Source: Ptychomitrium polyphyllum (Eukaryota). Taken from it: a stretch of 64,000 nucleotides of DNA. The position numbers were made by a program, and so were the translations under genes. The notes under the pieces are model-generated. The model was not told the DNA's origin and searched no databases. It saw only the letters and a list, made by a program, of their open reading frames with translations. The stretch lies in assembly GCA_973851085.1 (NCBI GenBank), contig OZ316775.1, forward strand, positions 20,460,001-20,524,000, read 5' to 3'. Position 1 is the first letter of the stretch. Each line of letters opens with the position of its first letter. This document shows, piece after piece, positions 26,220-41,100 of this stretch.

Positions 26220-26789
26220 AATGCATTTCGTTCCAGTCACCAGTTCTCGAGTTGTAGCGATTTGCTGCAAGGGCACCTCCAGCCTTGTCACAACAAATCA
26301 CGACTACTCTGTAACATTTTCTGTGCTCTTTCATCACAAGCTGCACCAATGTGGATTTTTTGATTTCAAGTTATAGGTGAGGAAAGGATTTCCACTCATC
26401 AGTTAACAGATTAGCTACAAGAATGAAACGAAAGCAAAAACTGCTTCTGCGAAACGAAACAAACTAGCCCCCCATCACATGCAAATATCAAATCGTGACT
26501 TTTCTGGCTGGCATCAAAAGCTAAATGAAAACTACTGACATCACTGCAACACGACCTCTCAGTTCGATGTCATACATCACATTTAGAACTGTTCCAGATC
26601 TATTCCACCCCAAACTTCCGAACAGCTTTGGATGGGCTTCAGCCGCAACTCGTCCGAAACTGGATGATTTTGAAAGTATAAACCATGCTGTGTACTCATT
26701 TGCAAAGCTTCACGATCTTAGCAATTCAAGTTTTGCAAACACAAGTTCTACCACCTCCACTGCCATTTGCTCCATAAAGCTGGGTCCAT
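26220..26789 (-). pseudogene. F-box/kelch-type protein pseudogene
   Basis: Frameshifted segments MDPALWSK / VEVVELVFAKL / AW..LSKSSSF..AEAHPKLFG / FACDGGLVCF / ILVANLLTDEWKSFP / VQLVM..YRVVV...YNSRTGDW follow the typical plant F-box plus beta-propeller order. Confidence 0.75.
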
Positions 26790-27399
26790 GACCTCAGGAT
26801 CATGTTTACAAGAATGCCGGCATATCACTACTCCTCCCAATGCAGCTCTTTTCATCGATATTGCATCTATGCTGAAGATGCATACTGTCTCCGAGGCTAG
26901 TGTCTCAACTGCAGTAGACGGCCGCTTCGTAATTGTGGCACCTTGTAGTTGAACACAATCGTTTGCTACACTGGAGATAGCCTTCTGCTTCACCAACAGC
27001 AGCTTCTGGATCTCTGGTTTTGCATCGATATCTAAAACCTACTTTCCCACTATCTCCTTCAATGTACCAACAACGAGGCCAGGAAAGCTTGGACTAGTTT
27101 GATCAGGGCCACTGTGATTTTAGCAGTTTCCAGTTCCAACTTGGTTGTTACATCCTGAAATACCTCCAGACTATAGACCCAAGCCACGAAGCGCATCATT
27201 AATTGTAAGCAAAACACCACTGCTTACCATCTCTAACATATCCGCCACAGAGAAGCAAGCCATTGCTGCACGTGAACTAGAATTGAACCACAGAGAAGCA
27301 AGCTGAACCCAGTAGTTTCACATACATCGCCGCACTCAAGATGACTCCACCATCGCGCTTCACCTAAAGAGCCAGACACAAGCTGCAAGACAATCTGTG

Positions 27400-28020
27400 A
27401 AGTTTGGGTCAAAGACGAACGGTGAACCCAAATCAATGCACTCACCTGCATGGCATAATCGCATTACATAGACTTGTCATTAATCAAACAAACTATGGTT
27501 AGGAGGGTTCGATCAAACAATCAGTGGCGTTAGAGAGGATCATCATGTAAGCGTAACGTCTATGTTTAACCATCTGACGTAGAGACGCCAATGAGCTTTT
27601 CCAACGTCTCATTTTCCACGTGTGCGCATTTATGGGGTCTGATGGAGTCTGTATGATCACCGTCATGAATTCAAGTGCCAGCATTCCTCAATCATCCACA
27701 TTCAGAAGAGGGGACCTCGGCAGATTGGCGATGGGTTTGCTACCATCGCAGACTTCACTCCATATTCCTGACATCGTCCTTATCCCAACTCGCGCTTTGG
27801 GTACCCAAAGACCATCAGTTTAGAGATCCTGGAGCTGTGGAGCTGCAGAAACCAATCTAGATCTGGATCGTGTATTTTGCGGATGAGGATTTGGCGGCTG
27901 CTGTTATGAAGAAGAGGGGTTGTGTGTGCTTGGATTGATATCGCTGTGACAATCGCTTCAGTGCTTCTTGGGGTTGGACGAATATTGCATTGAGTTGCTA
28001 GCTTTAACTTCCGTGCCAAG
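27400..28020 (-). pseudogene. Family X copy B (5' fragment), head-to-head with NPSN copy 1
   Basis: Shares AATGCACTCACCTGCATGGC and GTCTATGTTTAAC..TCTGACGT with copy A, and GAGGA.TTGG.GGCTGCTGTT.TGAAGA.GAGGGGTTG with copy C. Multiple stops. Confidence 0.6.
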
Positions 28021-28353
28021 AGTTCTTGCTCAGAGCTGGGTGCAAGACTCCTGCCTAGATCTTTTTTGTTGACTTTGGAAGTGTGTCGTTGCTTGTAAGT
28101 AATCGTGCAATCTTTTAAGCTAAATTTAGGTTATGAATGTGTTTATTGCTGCAGCGACGGATGAAGCCATTGGTCGCTTCCTTGGGTCGTCTTGCATCTA
28201 AGAAATTGAGAAAGAGTTTTTCAAGAGTTGGCAGATTGTTTCCATTGCAGGAAGATGCGGAGCCAGTGAGGAGAGACTGCAGCAGGGATTTGTAGCTATT
28301 GTTTAGCCTCCTTCATCTAATTTTTTGGCTGAATTGCTTCTTGGGACGCAGCT

Positions 28354-31111
28354 ATGGCCATGGGGCTGCCACCCCGGCTGATCAGCATTGAAAACGAAGT
28401 GCGGGATATCTTCAAGACCCTCACGTAAGTTTCTCTTTGCTCCATTTTGATTACCCTTCAGCAGGAAGATGCTCTCTTCGACAACCGGATCTGCTCCTGA
28501 GTTCTCTTTCTGTAAGTTTTGAGAGGGTAGTGGAACAATGACCCGATGAATAGAGCATTCGCCCTCACAGTACTTGTCAAAGTGTAGCTGCTTCCTACCT
28601 CTCTTAAGAATGTTTTAGAATACTCACATTGGGTATGAGAGTACATTTAGGTTCTCTTTTATCAGAGTGGGAGGTTCATTGTTGCAGATTTTCTCTGGAA
28701 CAATATACCACATAGATGTGACTGTGAAACCGTTTCCATTTGCCAGTGCTGAAACGTTGCTCTCTAAATCACCCCTTCATTTCAAGAAAGTATTAGAAGA
28801 AAATAGAGCAAAAGACTGTTTGACGAGAAAAATCATCGATGTATGTTTCAACTTCTCCAATTCTGATTCTCTGTTGTAACAATGTTCGATTCATGTGACA
28901 GGACTGGATTTCAAATAATAGACAGGATCAAAAATGTGGAAAGGCGAAGTAATCAATTGGAAGAGCTAACTGCCAGGATGCGAGAGGCTAAAAGGTGAGT
29001 ACCTCCTTAGCTTAGAGGCAATATGAGATTGTTAGTTGTTATCCATGGGCAGATTGTTGAGTCTGTAGCAAATCTTACACTTTGCACGTTGCAAGTATCC
29101 TTCAAAACATTAATGCCTTGCGCTTGCCTCTGTGTTATCTGATTTGGACGTTCTTTAGTTGCAGCCTATTTTCAAATGACTTCTGAAGATGTCTTGCTAT
29201 TCTGCCATGGCTACCTTTGTAGCTTCTGATGGATAATATGCTGTTCTTGATAATTCCAGGCTGATCAAGGAGTTCGATAGAGAAATGCAGGAGGAAAGGA
29301 AATCTAATCCAGAATTCCACAAGCTGCTGAACGAGAGAAAGCAACCTATGGTTTGTACAGCAGCCAAAATCTCTATCGATCAGTATTGTACTTAATCAGC
29401 GCTAAATAATCTCTTACATGAAAGTTTCCATCTGCAGATCAAGGAGCTTAATTCATTTGTTGCATTGAGAAAACAGCATACTAGCTCGATACGAAACAAG
29501 CAAGTACTTCTCGATGAAGGCTCACATGACGGAGCTGCTCGGAATTTGGACGTTCGAGTGGCCTCAAGTTCGTTAACCCCCAGTAATCTCGACCTGTTTT
29601 CTTTCTTTCATGCTTCTCCTGTCACAGGGACCTTAGTATCTAGTTCACTTGTCCATCTCGTAATCTCTTGAATTTGTATCTCTTCGTATTTTTTAATACA
29701 TTTAAGTCTAGTTGTTAACTAGTGCTGTCACTGTTAGAATGCTGCTGGAGGTTGTGAAAAACCGCTGTAATCTGCCAAGGTTGGCCTTCAGGTTTTTCCT
29801 CTTGGTTGAGACACCATGGACTACTTGAAATTTCAATGATCTGACTTGGCGTTTTCTTCCACCTTTGCAGCTTTGTTAAATCGAGAACTTATCCAGACGG
29901 GAAGGCAACAAATGGATGAGACAGATAAGACAATTGAAAGGTCCAGGAAGGTAAGCGTATGTATTTCAACTTCTAGAGATTTGAGATACGTGTAAACGAA
30001 CTTTGATAGTTTGCAGATTTCATACGATGCTTTGGTCTTGATGTTTCAACCCGTCTAGAATATTTCTTACTTTATAGAGTAGGTTGTTCCTTCGATACCC
30101 TGAATCTACAGGTTGTGGAAGAGACGATACATATTGGAGCAGAAACGACTACTACGTTGAAAGGACAAGTGAGTCACTCTGCGCTGACATTCAGCGTCCT
30201 TATGATTATCAGCAATTTTGGGAGAATAGCCAGTTGTAGCACTAGAACATTGCTGTAAATGTAGACCAAGACATTATCCGTAGATCATTACTGTCCCCCT
30301 CAATGATATACTACGCATACAGGTTAGTGAATTATACACGGCCTCGGTCTGTGATATAACTTGGGTTGGCTCAAGAACACTTGTGAAAAGTCCCTTGTTT
30401 GAAATGTGTTTAGACCGAGCAACTAAGGAGGATAACCAATGAGCTGGACACACTTCACTTTTCTCTGAAAAAGTCTTCGCAGTTGGTGAAAGAAATTGGG
30501 CGCCAGGTATAGCATTTAAATCGATCATTACTAAGCGTCTCGTTTACGGTATATCTGAGCATGTCATATTTCTGGTCTTCAGTGCTCTGAAGGTGTTAAC
30601 TTGTAATAGCTCTGCAAGAATACAGTCTAGGTTCTCCAGCATTCTACCATGTTCAGTTCAGTTTAGTTGGATATTGAAATGGTCTTGAATACAAGCAGTG
30701 CTGTGATGCATTGTTTGCTACGTTCAGGTTGTTGAGTAACAAAGAAGTTGGTTTCACCTGTGCAGCTAGCAACAGACAGGTGTATAATGTTCTTTTTACT
30801 TCTTATAACGGCAGGTATAGTCGCCATTATTATGCTGAAGGTTTGTTCCACCTCAGAAATCTCTCTCAGTGTCGACCCACATATCTATACCCGAGGTTCA
30901 TATCGTTGTGGATGATTGAATGGGGATCTCATTTAGTTGGTCTACCTTATTATTTACATGTCCTCAGTTCAGACCTTTCTGGATGGCATAAGCCTCGGTT
31001 TTTTTCTGTGTGCAGCTTGTTTATCCTGACAAGAAAGAGATTCAAGTCCCAGGCTTAGCACCCCCAGCTCGAGGAAGGCGATTACTATTCACTCCCTTGG
31101 ATTTGCAATAA
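28354..31111 (+). CDS. NPSN: Novel plant SNARE (Qb), copy 1; 9 exons (28354-28424, 28902-28994, 29260-29350, 29438-29567, 29871-29950, 30112-30168, 30414-30506, 30766-30840, 31016-31111)
   Basis: EVRDIF, QLEELTARMREAKRLIKEFDRE, IKELNSFVALRK, MDETDKTIERS, LKGQ|TEQL, VKEIGRQ|LATDRCIM followed by a TM helix, and the C-terminal PGLAPP..RRLL. Confidence 0.93.
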
Positions 31112-32102
31112 CTTTTCATTACTTTTCAACGAATCCGTTTTGGATCCGATCAAAGCTGTTTTACTTCAAAGCCGGTGTAAAATCTAGTGCTTTCCACATA
31201 GACTAAACCCCCCTGCCTCTTCATTAAGCAGCTCCAGCCTTATTATTTACATGTCCTCAGCTTTCAACCGTGAGGAAATCCAAATTGTAAGAAGTTGTAA
31301 TTTTAGAGGCAGAAGTGAATCATAATCTGTTGACACTTCATCAATCCCTGCTATACACTATTCAATCTTCTGAAGAGGAATTGGTAGCTTGTAAATTAGC
31401 ATATCGTAAAAGTAGAAAGGATTGCTGTGCCGGTGAATCTGCCAAATTGAGAGCCATGGAGTTTGCAAGAATTTGCAAAATAGTACTCCATTCAACATCC
31501 CTTGGAAAAACACCTAGAGGACGAGGGAGGGTACACGGAATTAGGTCCAGTAAGTCAGAACGGTGTGGGAACGAGTGTTCTTTAAGACGTATTTTCTGTG
31601 TGCTGGTGCGGGCGCTAAAATTCAGCATGCCCCAATTGTCGATCTGTTTTCATATTTTGATACTTCTCCATCATCTGCTAAAACAACTATGCTCTCTTCG
31701 TACATGTTTACTGAACGTATGCTTCCCTAATACACGGTTGGTGCCATACTGTGAGAGTGCGTGCAAGTTTTGAAAATCATTGTGGAGTGATGAAGTCTAA
31801 ATGTAGCGGCAAGAGTGAGATGCCCAAGCAAAATGCATGATTCACCCAGAAAAGCTGGGAAGGAAATGGAGCGGCTGCCAAAATGCAACAGTGAGTATAA
31901 GACTTTGACAGAGTAGCCAGCACTCAGGCAGGAGATCCATCGCTAAAAAACACCAAGTACTTTATGAATACCAGTGTCATCTGAGCTGATGAGGTGTAAA
32001 AATGAGACAGACTGAGGATTCTCTTGAAAGGGCCTAAATTACTTTAGGTAACTTGCAATGAATGAATGTAAGAAACAATACTTCAGTTTGATAGTAGAAA
32101 CA

Positions 32103-35100
32103 TTAATCAGCTTCTGGTAGTGGGGAGGTTGCAGACGAAAGTGACAAATGCGATACCCGTACAGCGCCGATTAATCGTTCGGGTAGTTCATCCATACCGT
32201 TTCCCTGCAAGCGTTTCAATATGAATATAAAAATAGAAAAACTGGAAAAGAAAACGATTGAAGGAGTATATTTTAGCGGCTACACTTATTCTTACATAAG
32301 CAGATCTAAGGTGTAGCTATTTGATCTATAACTTCAGTAGAAAACCAAGATTATTTGTACATGCGTGGCATTGTCCTTCGTGTTATCATTCCGTGGTATG
32401 AAAATTGAGGCGTCAGAAAGACTACACTTTAAAGTTTAACTTAGATACATTCAAGCGCTCCTCACTATATCCCTTAATAGTCCTCTTGAGTGTGATTACC
32501 GTCCTTTGAAGCTTGATTAGTGCCAAAAGTACGACCATCATCAAAGTGAAGTACCTGTATAAGAAAGGCCATATCAACGACCAACGCACTCACAACACCA
32601 AAAACAAGCCCAAGCACACCACTAGCCACCGTTGACGACCCAATGTCCGCATCAACCTGATCAAGCAAACAAACAATTTTGTTGTTATTTATTGAACAAG
32701 TACTATTGGAAGGTCGAGAAGAAGAAAGTATTAAAAATTAAACTTGTATCACCAGCCTACTTTTGCTACATATGCAGACATGTAGAAGTTAAGAAGTTAA
32801 CTTGCCAACCACAACAGGTTCACCTTGGCCAGTAAAATATTACATTCCGATATCATATTCTTGCGTCTGGGTAATTTCGTTCAGGTCAAACCAAGAAGTG
32901 CAGATCCTAGAGACTTCTCCATTTATGAAATTACAGCAAAACAAAGTGAATTACCTCAAGGTAGTTGGGCCCTCGATGATAAGAACAATCTATTGCTTTG
33001 CCAAGAATGCAAGGCGTACTACCCACACTCTGTCTCACAATCCAAGATCCCTGCAAAAAATAGTCTTTCTTAAATCAGAACACTATACCGATAATTAACA
33101 ACATATTAAAGATTACAAGAGCCTATTGTTCACAAAGGGCTTTCGAAAATATTATGTTGAAAGAAAGAAGTATCTATTACACACTAAACATGTATCATCA
33201 AATCGGACGATTACGGTGAGGTTAAGCACGAAAGTTTAACCATTCTCAGACGGCATACCTGCGCGACAGAAGGTATAAGCTTGAGGCGATTGTTTCGAAA
33301 ATTGTCATCTCCGTCCACAAAGCGTTGCAAAAGCGAACCTTCTGGTGCCTTAGGTGCAACGAAGTAGAAAATCATACTGTAGTGAGACGCTGCTGGCACC
33401 TGCACTCAAGACATGGTGAAAAACTTACACATGTAATTACAACATACATTTACTCAGCAGCAAACCCCATCAAGTTGAATCTTCCAGCAAATGTAAGTAC
33501 AAACAACATTGACTCAACAATAAACTTACCGCATTATCAACCTGTGTATAAACTTATCAATTCATGCACCTAGTTTTATGCAATAGAGCTAATATACACC
33601 CCCAATCATCAAGAGTGCTAAAAGATCATACCTGCTACAGCATGAAATTCGAAAATCTACGACTAGGAGTCATTATAGGTAAGCTAAATCAATAAAATCA
33701 ATTGTGGTTTTCTCAAGCACCCAAGTACCCTATCCATCCAGTTTCCACAAATACAAACCTGGACATTGAATGCTACTGTAAAGAGTCCCATCTCTGCTGC
33801 CACCTAACAAACATAACAATCTTAGTCAAACATCAACTAAAGCAATATCTACAATGTACACTTCTAAGCTCCCGCTGTATTACAAATTTTCCTGCGTAAT
33901 ATAAAAAATTTTGGCCGAAAAGTATATAAGAAACACATGCAAGTCCAGCAATAAGAGATAGTTTATGAGCATGAGCTGCATGTGGATTATTGTATGAAGA
34001 CTTAATGAAATTCAACCAATTTTCAACCATGCTTATGAACAACACAGTCAAGAAGCCATAAAATCAAGTGTGACTTGCAGCTAATGAGAATCAGGAGTTG
34101 CACCTGAGCAACACAGCCTTTCCTCTTTGCAACATGGTCAATTCGTTTAACATCTTTGAACCAGTCAACTGCCACAAGCTGCATTAATGGTTCACCTGCC
34201 GCAACCTGCTTATACAAGACAATTGACGTAGAAAAGACTCCAAATAATGAGAATGTGAGCAAGTACCCCCAATGGAATCTTCTGCGTTAGTCCTTACTGT
34301 GCCAGCTGGATATTCATCATCACAGATTAGAAGTCTGATTATGCTTTGTACAAAGTAATGTAATTCAATATTACAAACGTGTTAAGGTTGAAGTATTACT
34401 AATTTTATTAGTATTCCAAGATAAGTATGGACGGGTAACTGCATAAAATACTCTAATCAACAAAACCGAAGAATAACCAGTGAACTCTTAACAAGGTCCA
34501 GAATCTATTATAGCTCAAATTTAAAGAAAAATCTCCAAGCTCTTTTACGATTAGCAAATGCTAGAAGATATTACATAAAATTTGAATTGTACGATTCAAT
34601 TTCATTATTTTAAAACAATTTTCTAAGATAAAAAGGAATAAGAAAGCATTTAAGCGGAAGGACTTGCCTTTGAACGGTCAATTAGAAAATGCTTGCTTCG
34701 AACTTGGAAAGTATTGCAATCTGGAAGGCTCCAGCAATTCTTCCCCTTATTATGGTCGCCCTTACCAAGGTTGCCTGATAACATTGACAAATCCAGATTT
34801 ACGAGAGGCGGCTCTGCCACACTATCTGCACGAATATCACAAATGGCATTAGCATTGTTAACAATATCATACCAAAAGAAAGGTAAATTCAAATTATGAT
34901 ACGCAGTGGAAGTGCTATAAAGGTGAAACAGCAAAAGGTAGAATTAGTAAAACTATTAACGCCTCTGAGACTAGAAACTTTCGTACTATACGTATCTAAT
35001 GAATGAACCACTTGACAACCAATATCTTGGTTATGTTTACATATCACATTTCATCAATTAGATCTATGGTGTTCAGTGTGTTCTTCTGCACCATCTTCCC

Positions 35101-38100
35101 AATAAGGTAAAATAATATTTTTTGAACCTCATCCCATACAATGAACGCTTCCAACATAAATACAATGATATGGCTAATTAATACCTGCTATAGTGAGATT
35201 CTCTGATCCAAAGAATGGCTGCCAACCAACCCAAACCAAGCAGGAAAACATCACGACATGAAGGAATTATATTAGGTTCTAAACGGATGTTAGTCTTTCA
35301 CATCCCACAACCATGTGGATGACATTTTACACGTTGTCATGTAGTGTTTGCCTTTACCTTTGTTCAAAAAAATTGTCTTAAGCCAACTTCATCACGTATG
35401 GCGGTGGCACGCTGCCATCACACCCACTTCGTTCTCAATTTTTTTTCTTAAACTTACTATCTAAGTTGTAAAAGCCAACAAACTTGAAAACCACATGAAA
35501 TTTATATAACAATCAGATATTATAAAAAGCTGAAATCCTGAGCAATTAAACTCACCTCAGGATCAGAGTAATTCTGAAGATCAGGCTCAGACTCATCATA
35601 CATTGACATGCCTGCTGAGGGTATCTCAGGTAATGAGGCAACTTTATGAGGAGCATCCCGTCTTCTGAGCTTTCCAGTGTCTGATTTAGACATCCTTGGC
35701 ACAGGTGGTTGGACGTGCGTTCCATCCCTTTGTGCAAACCACTCCCTCAAACCTGAAACGAACATGACGCATTCATGCCTGCCATTTGTAAAAGTAAAAA
35801 AATGATAGATATTTCCGTGCGTGCAGTTACTGCTTCAGGCTAGAATGAAATCCTATACGTCTACATGATGATATCTGTATAGAGGTTATAGATTATTACG
35901 GATTAGAAAAGTACATTGATTGATAGAACAAGAATAAAAGGTTCCTTAAAAGGAAGATTGTTGTTTACCGGCAACACTATTCAGTATCTGAATAACTGAA
36001 TGATGATGGCAAAGAGGAATATAGTTTGCACCCCAGCCCTTCAAGTCAATATGAACTAATTGCTGCACACGTGCCCGAGGTTCTCCATTTGCACGAGGTT
36101 TTAGAGGGGAAATGGTGAAACCTCCACCTACACAGCATCCATCCAATCAGTACGAGATTGAAGAGCATTCATCCTTGGAAGTAGTAGAACGTTACGTTCC
36201 ACAACTGAAGTACCAAATATTTAAATGTGCCTAATTTCAAATGAAACCAAGAACCAAGAAGACCACAACGTGAAAAATACGCATTTGAGTAAGAGCAAGA
36301 GAAACAAACAATAGCAATCACGAATCCACTAAATTTTTTAGAATGAGTTATGGTGCGCACACTTTGGGATAAAATCGTAGTACTTACTCTCGATGTGAGC
36401 ACGAACACAACCTGGTTGGGGGGGGCAACTGGGATGCTCCTTCGATTGAAACAAAATAACTGTATTAAAAGCACAACACAACAGGAATCAAAGAAAATAC
36501 TACCACACAACCTAAACATGAATTTTCCAATGATCTGAACAGTAATTACCAAAGATATGGACAGACATCGTAGTATATATCAGTTTTAAGGGTGCGGTTT
36601 GTGAGAATTTGAGCTCACTTTAACAAATACAAGTCAATTTTCAAAACTTCACTCTTTGCCCTCATTAAGCATAGAAACCAGAATTTAAAAATCAATTCGA
36701 CTTAGAAAAGTCCATCATCAGAAAGACAAGTGGGCATCCAAGTTGCCAAAGAAAAGTTGAATAACAATGTCATGAAATAACATGTTCCATTAGGGTTCTA
36801 TCCATGAAGACGTAAAAACCTTTACCATACCACCTAAAATTTGCATAATGATCTACTGATCCTCATTGGCAAAGCCAGGATTAAATTTATCAGCAAACAA
36901 AGAGTATACATGATGTAATTCTGGAACCCAAGAATCATAGTTAGAATTATAGCCTCATTCAAACATTGACGTCGGGGAAGTCACTATACGTATTTTTAAG
37001 AAACCGCTAGAGATAAAAGGGCATTATATAACCCTACGAATTAACAAGAAGATTCCATGATTTAACAGAATATATGGGTACGTTCTACGTACATTCTTGA
37101 AATATTCAGACATTACTTTTTTAACACCCTATTAATTCTTTCAATTATAAGCATTACCTACAATACTATCTTTTGTGCATGTCGTTTTGGAATATTTGGA
37201 AGTGACTTCCCCGAGCCATCAACTTTGAGAAGTAGAACTTCAATTCACTTTAGGTCCTGTAGAAACAAAGTATGTAAGAAAAGCCTTGGAAAGGACTGCT
37301 AAAAGGGTGTGAAGACGAAGAGGAAGGCTTGGACAAACACCACTGTTGGTCTGACGATTGTGTGTAAGATTGATTACACATTGAGTGCACAACGAGCTCG
37401 CAGGTGGTGAAGAAAAGTACCGTAGCTTCCGTCGTCATTGCGACGCCAGTAACGCAGATAGCAAAGATCACGAGGCCACAGAAACCTGCAAGGACTCTCG
37501 AAGATGGTACGTCGTAAGGATGCACACGATTCAAAAAAATTACTATAAATCTCTTGTTCATTATAAAGTAGTGTACCTGAACAGTTTTCTTCCAAAGAAT
37601 ATGAAAAGAAAGATGAGAATGTCCTGTAACCAGCTGAACAACAGAGAGTAAGTTGAACATTGTTGAGTTTGTCTAAGACCCATAAATTGAATGACGAACT
37701 AGTACCAACTTACATAGGAAGAAAGTCCAACTGGAGACGTTGATAAATAACGGTAGTATGACCATCGACCTCCTGCACCAAGCGGGCCTTTTGAACCTCA
37801 CCAAAGCTGCAATCCCATCTGTATATAGGACCTAGAATGTCAAATATTACAAAAAATGTTGTCTACATCACTGACAATACTCTGTATGCGTGAGAAGAAA
37901 AAGCAGAAAACCATAAGTTCTTTGGTGATCTAAATATTCTGTAAGGAGAAGAACCAAGAAAATGGACAATGTAAATAACCAATAAAACAAGAAAATGAAA
38001 ACAACTGTCTGTCTTTAATATGATCCAATTGATGGAAACAGATATACAAGAAGACCCTGCAGATTTCCTTGGTAGACGCAACAGCACAGTTGAGAAGCAC

Positions 38101-41100
38101 ACGTAAGATTCATCAATAATTAGGATTAACAGAGACTTACTCATAACGTGTTTCATCAATACCCATAATCAACTCAAAAACGTCTGCACAGAGTGCCTCT
38201 ACTACTCCAACTGCCTTCATTGCCTTACACTGACTTAGGGCCTGCAATGATACACCACCTTCATATCGTCAGTATAATTTGCTGGGCAAAGTTTAGTTAT
38301 TTTTGTGTGCTAAACCATTTGAAAAAGACCTACCTGTAGTTTCTCTATAGCTAAACAAAAGATTCAAGAAGGGATACGTACAGCTTGGTCACCATCTTGG
38401 CGTTCTTCAAAAAATCTAAGACCTGCAAAAGTATCAAAACCTTGTGAGCAACATATGTAGTGCTCGTAATAAAAGACTAATCAGGATATCATGAATAATA
38501 AAACACTTAAATTAAATTGAAGGTCGAAGATCTTCCACTTGCCATTCTGGCATCGAACAAGGTGCCAGCGTCTTCTTGCGGAAGCAGCTGCATCGGCATC
38601 CAAATTACCCCACCTTGGATCCATCCCCTTACTCCAATCCTCAACTGACTCTGGAGGCCCTGACATCAACAAGCATCCAAAGTATAAACTAAAATTCCTG
38701 AATGAGACCATGCCACAGAAATCCTCCAAGATGATGTGATACAGCTTCAGATATCGCACTATTCAACATCGCAGTAAAGTCGTCTCTTTCTTGGGTGCTG
38801 AAGTGCTTCCTTTAGGGTTAAAAGAAACGTAGTTGGCTTCTGTTAATTTAAATATGTGCCATGCGACTTATTTAACATGAGATATGAAGTACCATCTCCA
38901 ATAGTTCTACGTCGATGATGATTTGCCACCTTGTCGTCATCATCATCAGCTTGAGACTTGCCACTATTATCCCTGAAACACATGTAACATATGAAGATGA
39001 TGTAAGCACTGCAACCAAGTCATTTTTGTTTAAGTGCACTCATGAAGCACGACGAAGCTTGTAGAGCATGTTTAAGCAAAATGATAATGAGCAAGGTAAC
39101 AGAGTACGAACTCGCTATCGTGATCTGAAGAAGATGCATCGCGGTCGTGATCCTCCTGTATCTTGGATACAGACTTTGGTGGAAAGGTCATGCTTCCATT
39201 CGTAGTATGCAATTTCAAATACTGCAACCGTCATCCACAACCTGCATCAGTATTTTGGGAATAGCTCCTGAGCTTCATTTATTCCCCAAGGCTATTCCAT
39301 AGACACATAGTAAAGAGACAAGAATAAATCTGATTTTTAATGCTAAAAGATGTTCATCAATGTCCAATATGGTTCACTAGCGATTAACCAATCAATAAAG
39401 ATGCTACAACACAACTCATCCATTGATCAAGTTTCAAATGACGTGAGGAGATTACCTGGTCAATAACCTGTTCCAAAGCTTCCTTCCATGCAGATGCACC
39501 TTGAATATTGAACGCTGCCATCTGGAACAAACAAGGAGGATATCCAATTAGAAAGAATAAGTTCCAATCCGATTGTGATCAATAAGTAACAAGTGAATAT
39601 TGAAAAACAATGTTTAAGAGAAAATTAACATGAATCACTGTTATCGTTACACTGTAATAAAATCTATGATGAAGAAATACAAACGTATCGACCAGGGCAG
39701 GAGGAAACATACCGTGATTCGGTTAGATCTATCCTTCTTATTGTACACAGAGAGCACATACACAGCCTGCACCAAAGCCAAAACAAATAGGATTCAATCA
39801 CCAATGACCATGACCTAGGATAATTAGTATCAGGATCTACAACACCACTTGCAACATACGAATTACTGTATTAAGGAGGTTGAAAATAGGAGAAAGAGGC
39901 TTATAGGAAAATATTCTAGGGCCAACAAGCCTTTCACTTTGAGTGTTCACACAAAAGGGGTGCATAACTGAATAAGTACTGACATAATCGCTAGTCGAAT
40001 AAACAGGCTATCTCCATTCAAGCTGCACCCTAGGCCTGACAAAGACATTCAGGATTTCACAACTACAATCTCCGTTCCAATAGTGAAATATTATCTCGAA
40101 CAAACTGTTTCACATCTTCAGTGTTTGCCCCGAGTCCATCATTTTGTCCATTAATCTAAACCACACTAATATCCGCTGATCCTCCGTAAGCGTCCCAAAG
40201 AGATAAAAACTTCAAGCACAGAATGCGTACCGGCAGAGACGAGGCACAAAAAAGATAAGACCCCTTTCCTTGTTAACGTCACAAGAAAATTCTCTAAGTA
40301 GAACCACAAAATTTCTTTAATCTTAACTAGTCCAGTATCAAGGTAATGCAAGCAACTATAAACCGTCCTGTTAAAGCACCAACGTTCTAATCAGATCTTT
40401 TCAGAAGGATATTTCACACAGAAAAGATATAAATGCAACAGTGAAATAAACAACATACGTGGCCATGATGAGTCTCAAGTCCACGATCCTCCACTCGACA
40501 GTTTCCATCAATAGCGAGAGTTTTAAGAGGGACCTGTATAACAAGATGAAAAAACCCAAAGGAAATTATTGCCTACCTATGCAAACATGACAACTTGATT
40601 ATGATAATGACTGCTTTCCTGAGACTCCTTGAAAGCGAGTCAGGATATCTTCAAGATCAATTGGTAACCTCCACGTCGTGTGGTACCCATTCGACGGAAT
40701 AAAAAGCCCTTCAAGCACAATAGATTACGCACACTACTTCCTCTTTATTTTTACACAGGTCTATTGTGCCTCTCTACAAAATCACGACATCTTCTATGTT
40801 GTCAGCTAAGACTCTCCTTAAGAACTTACTCCCTTCTAAAATTTCTCTCTAAGCCTTTCTGCGTATAAAATGATTCTTCAACACACAAGCTCTGCTCTGT
40901 CCAGATTAACGGATATTTCAACTTCGGCTTCAACTAAAACTAATTATTACTGTAGAAGTCATCAAAGACAAAAGGGAGCACTTTCTGAAGTAGGAAAGAA
41001 TGGGAAGCGAATACACGGCGTGATCAACCAAGACAACGATGAGATCGAAGGACTGTTTACCTCGTTGGCCGATGGCTGTCGCTTATAGTATGCAAGAACC

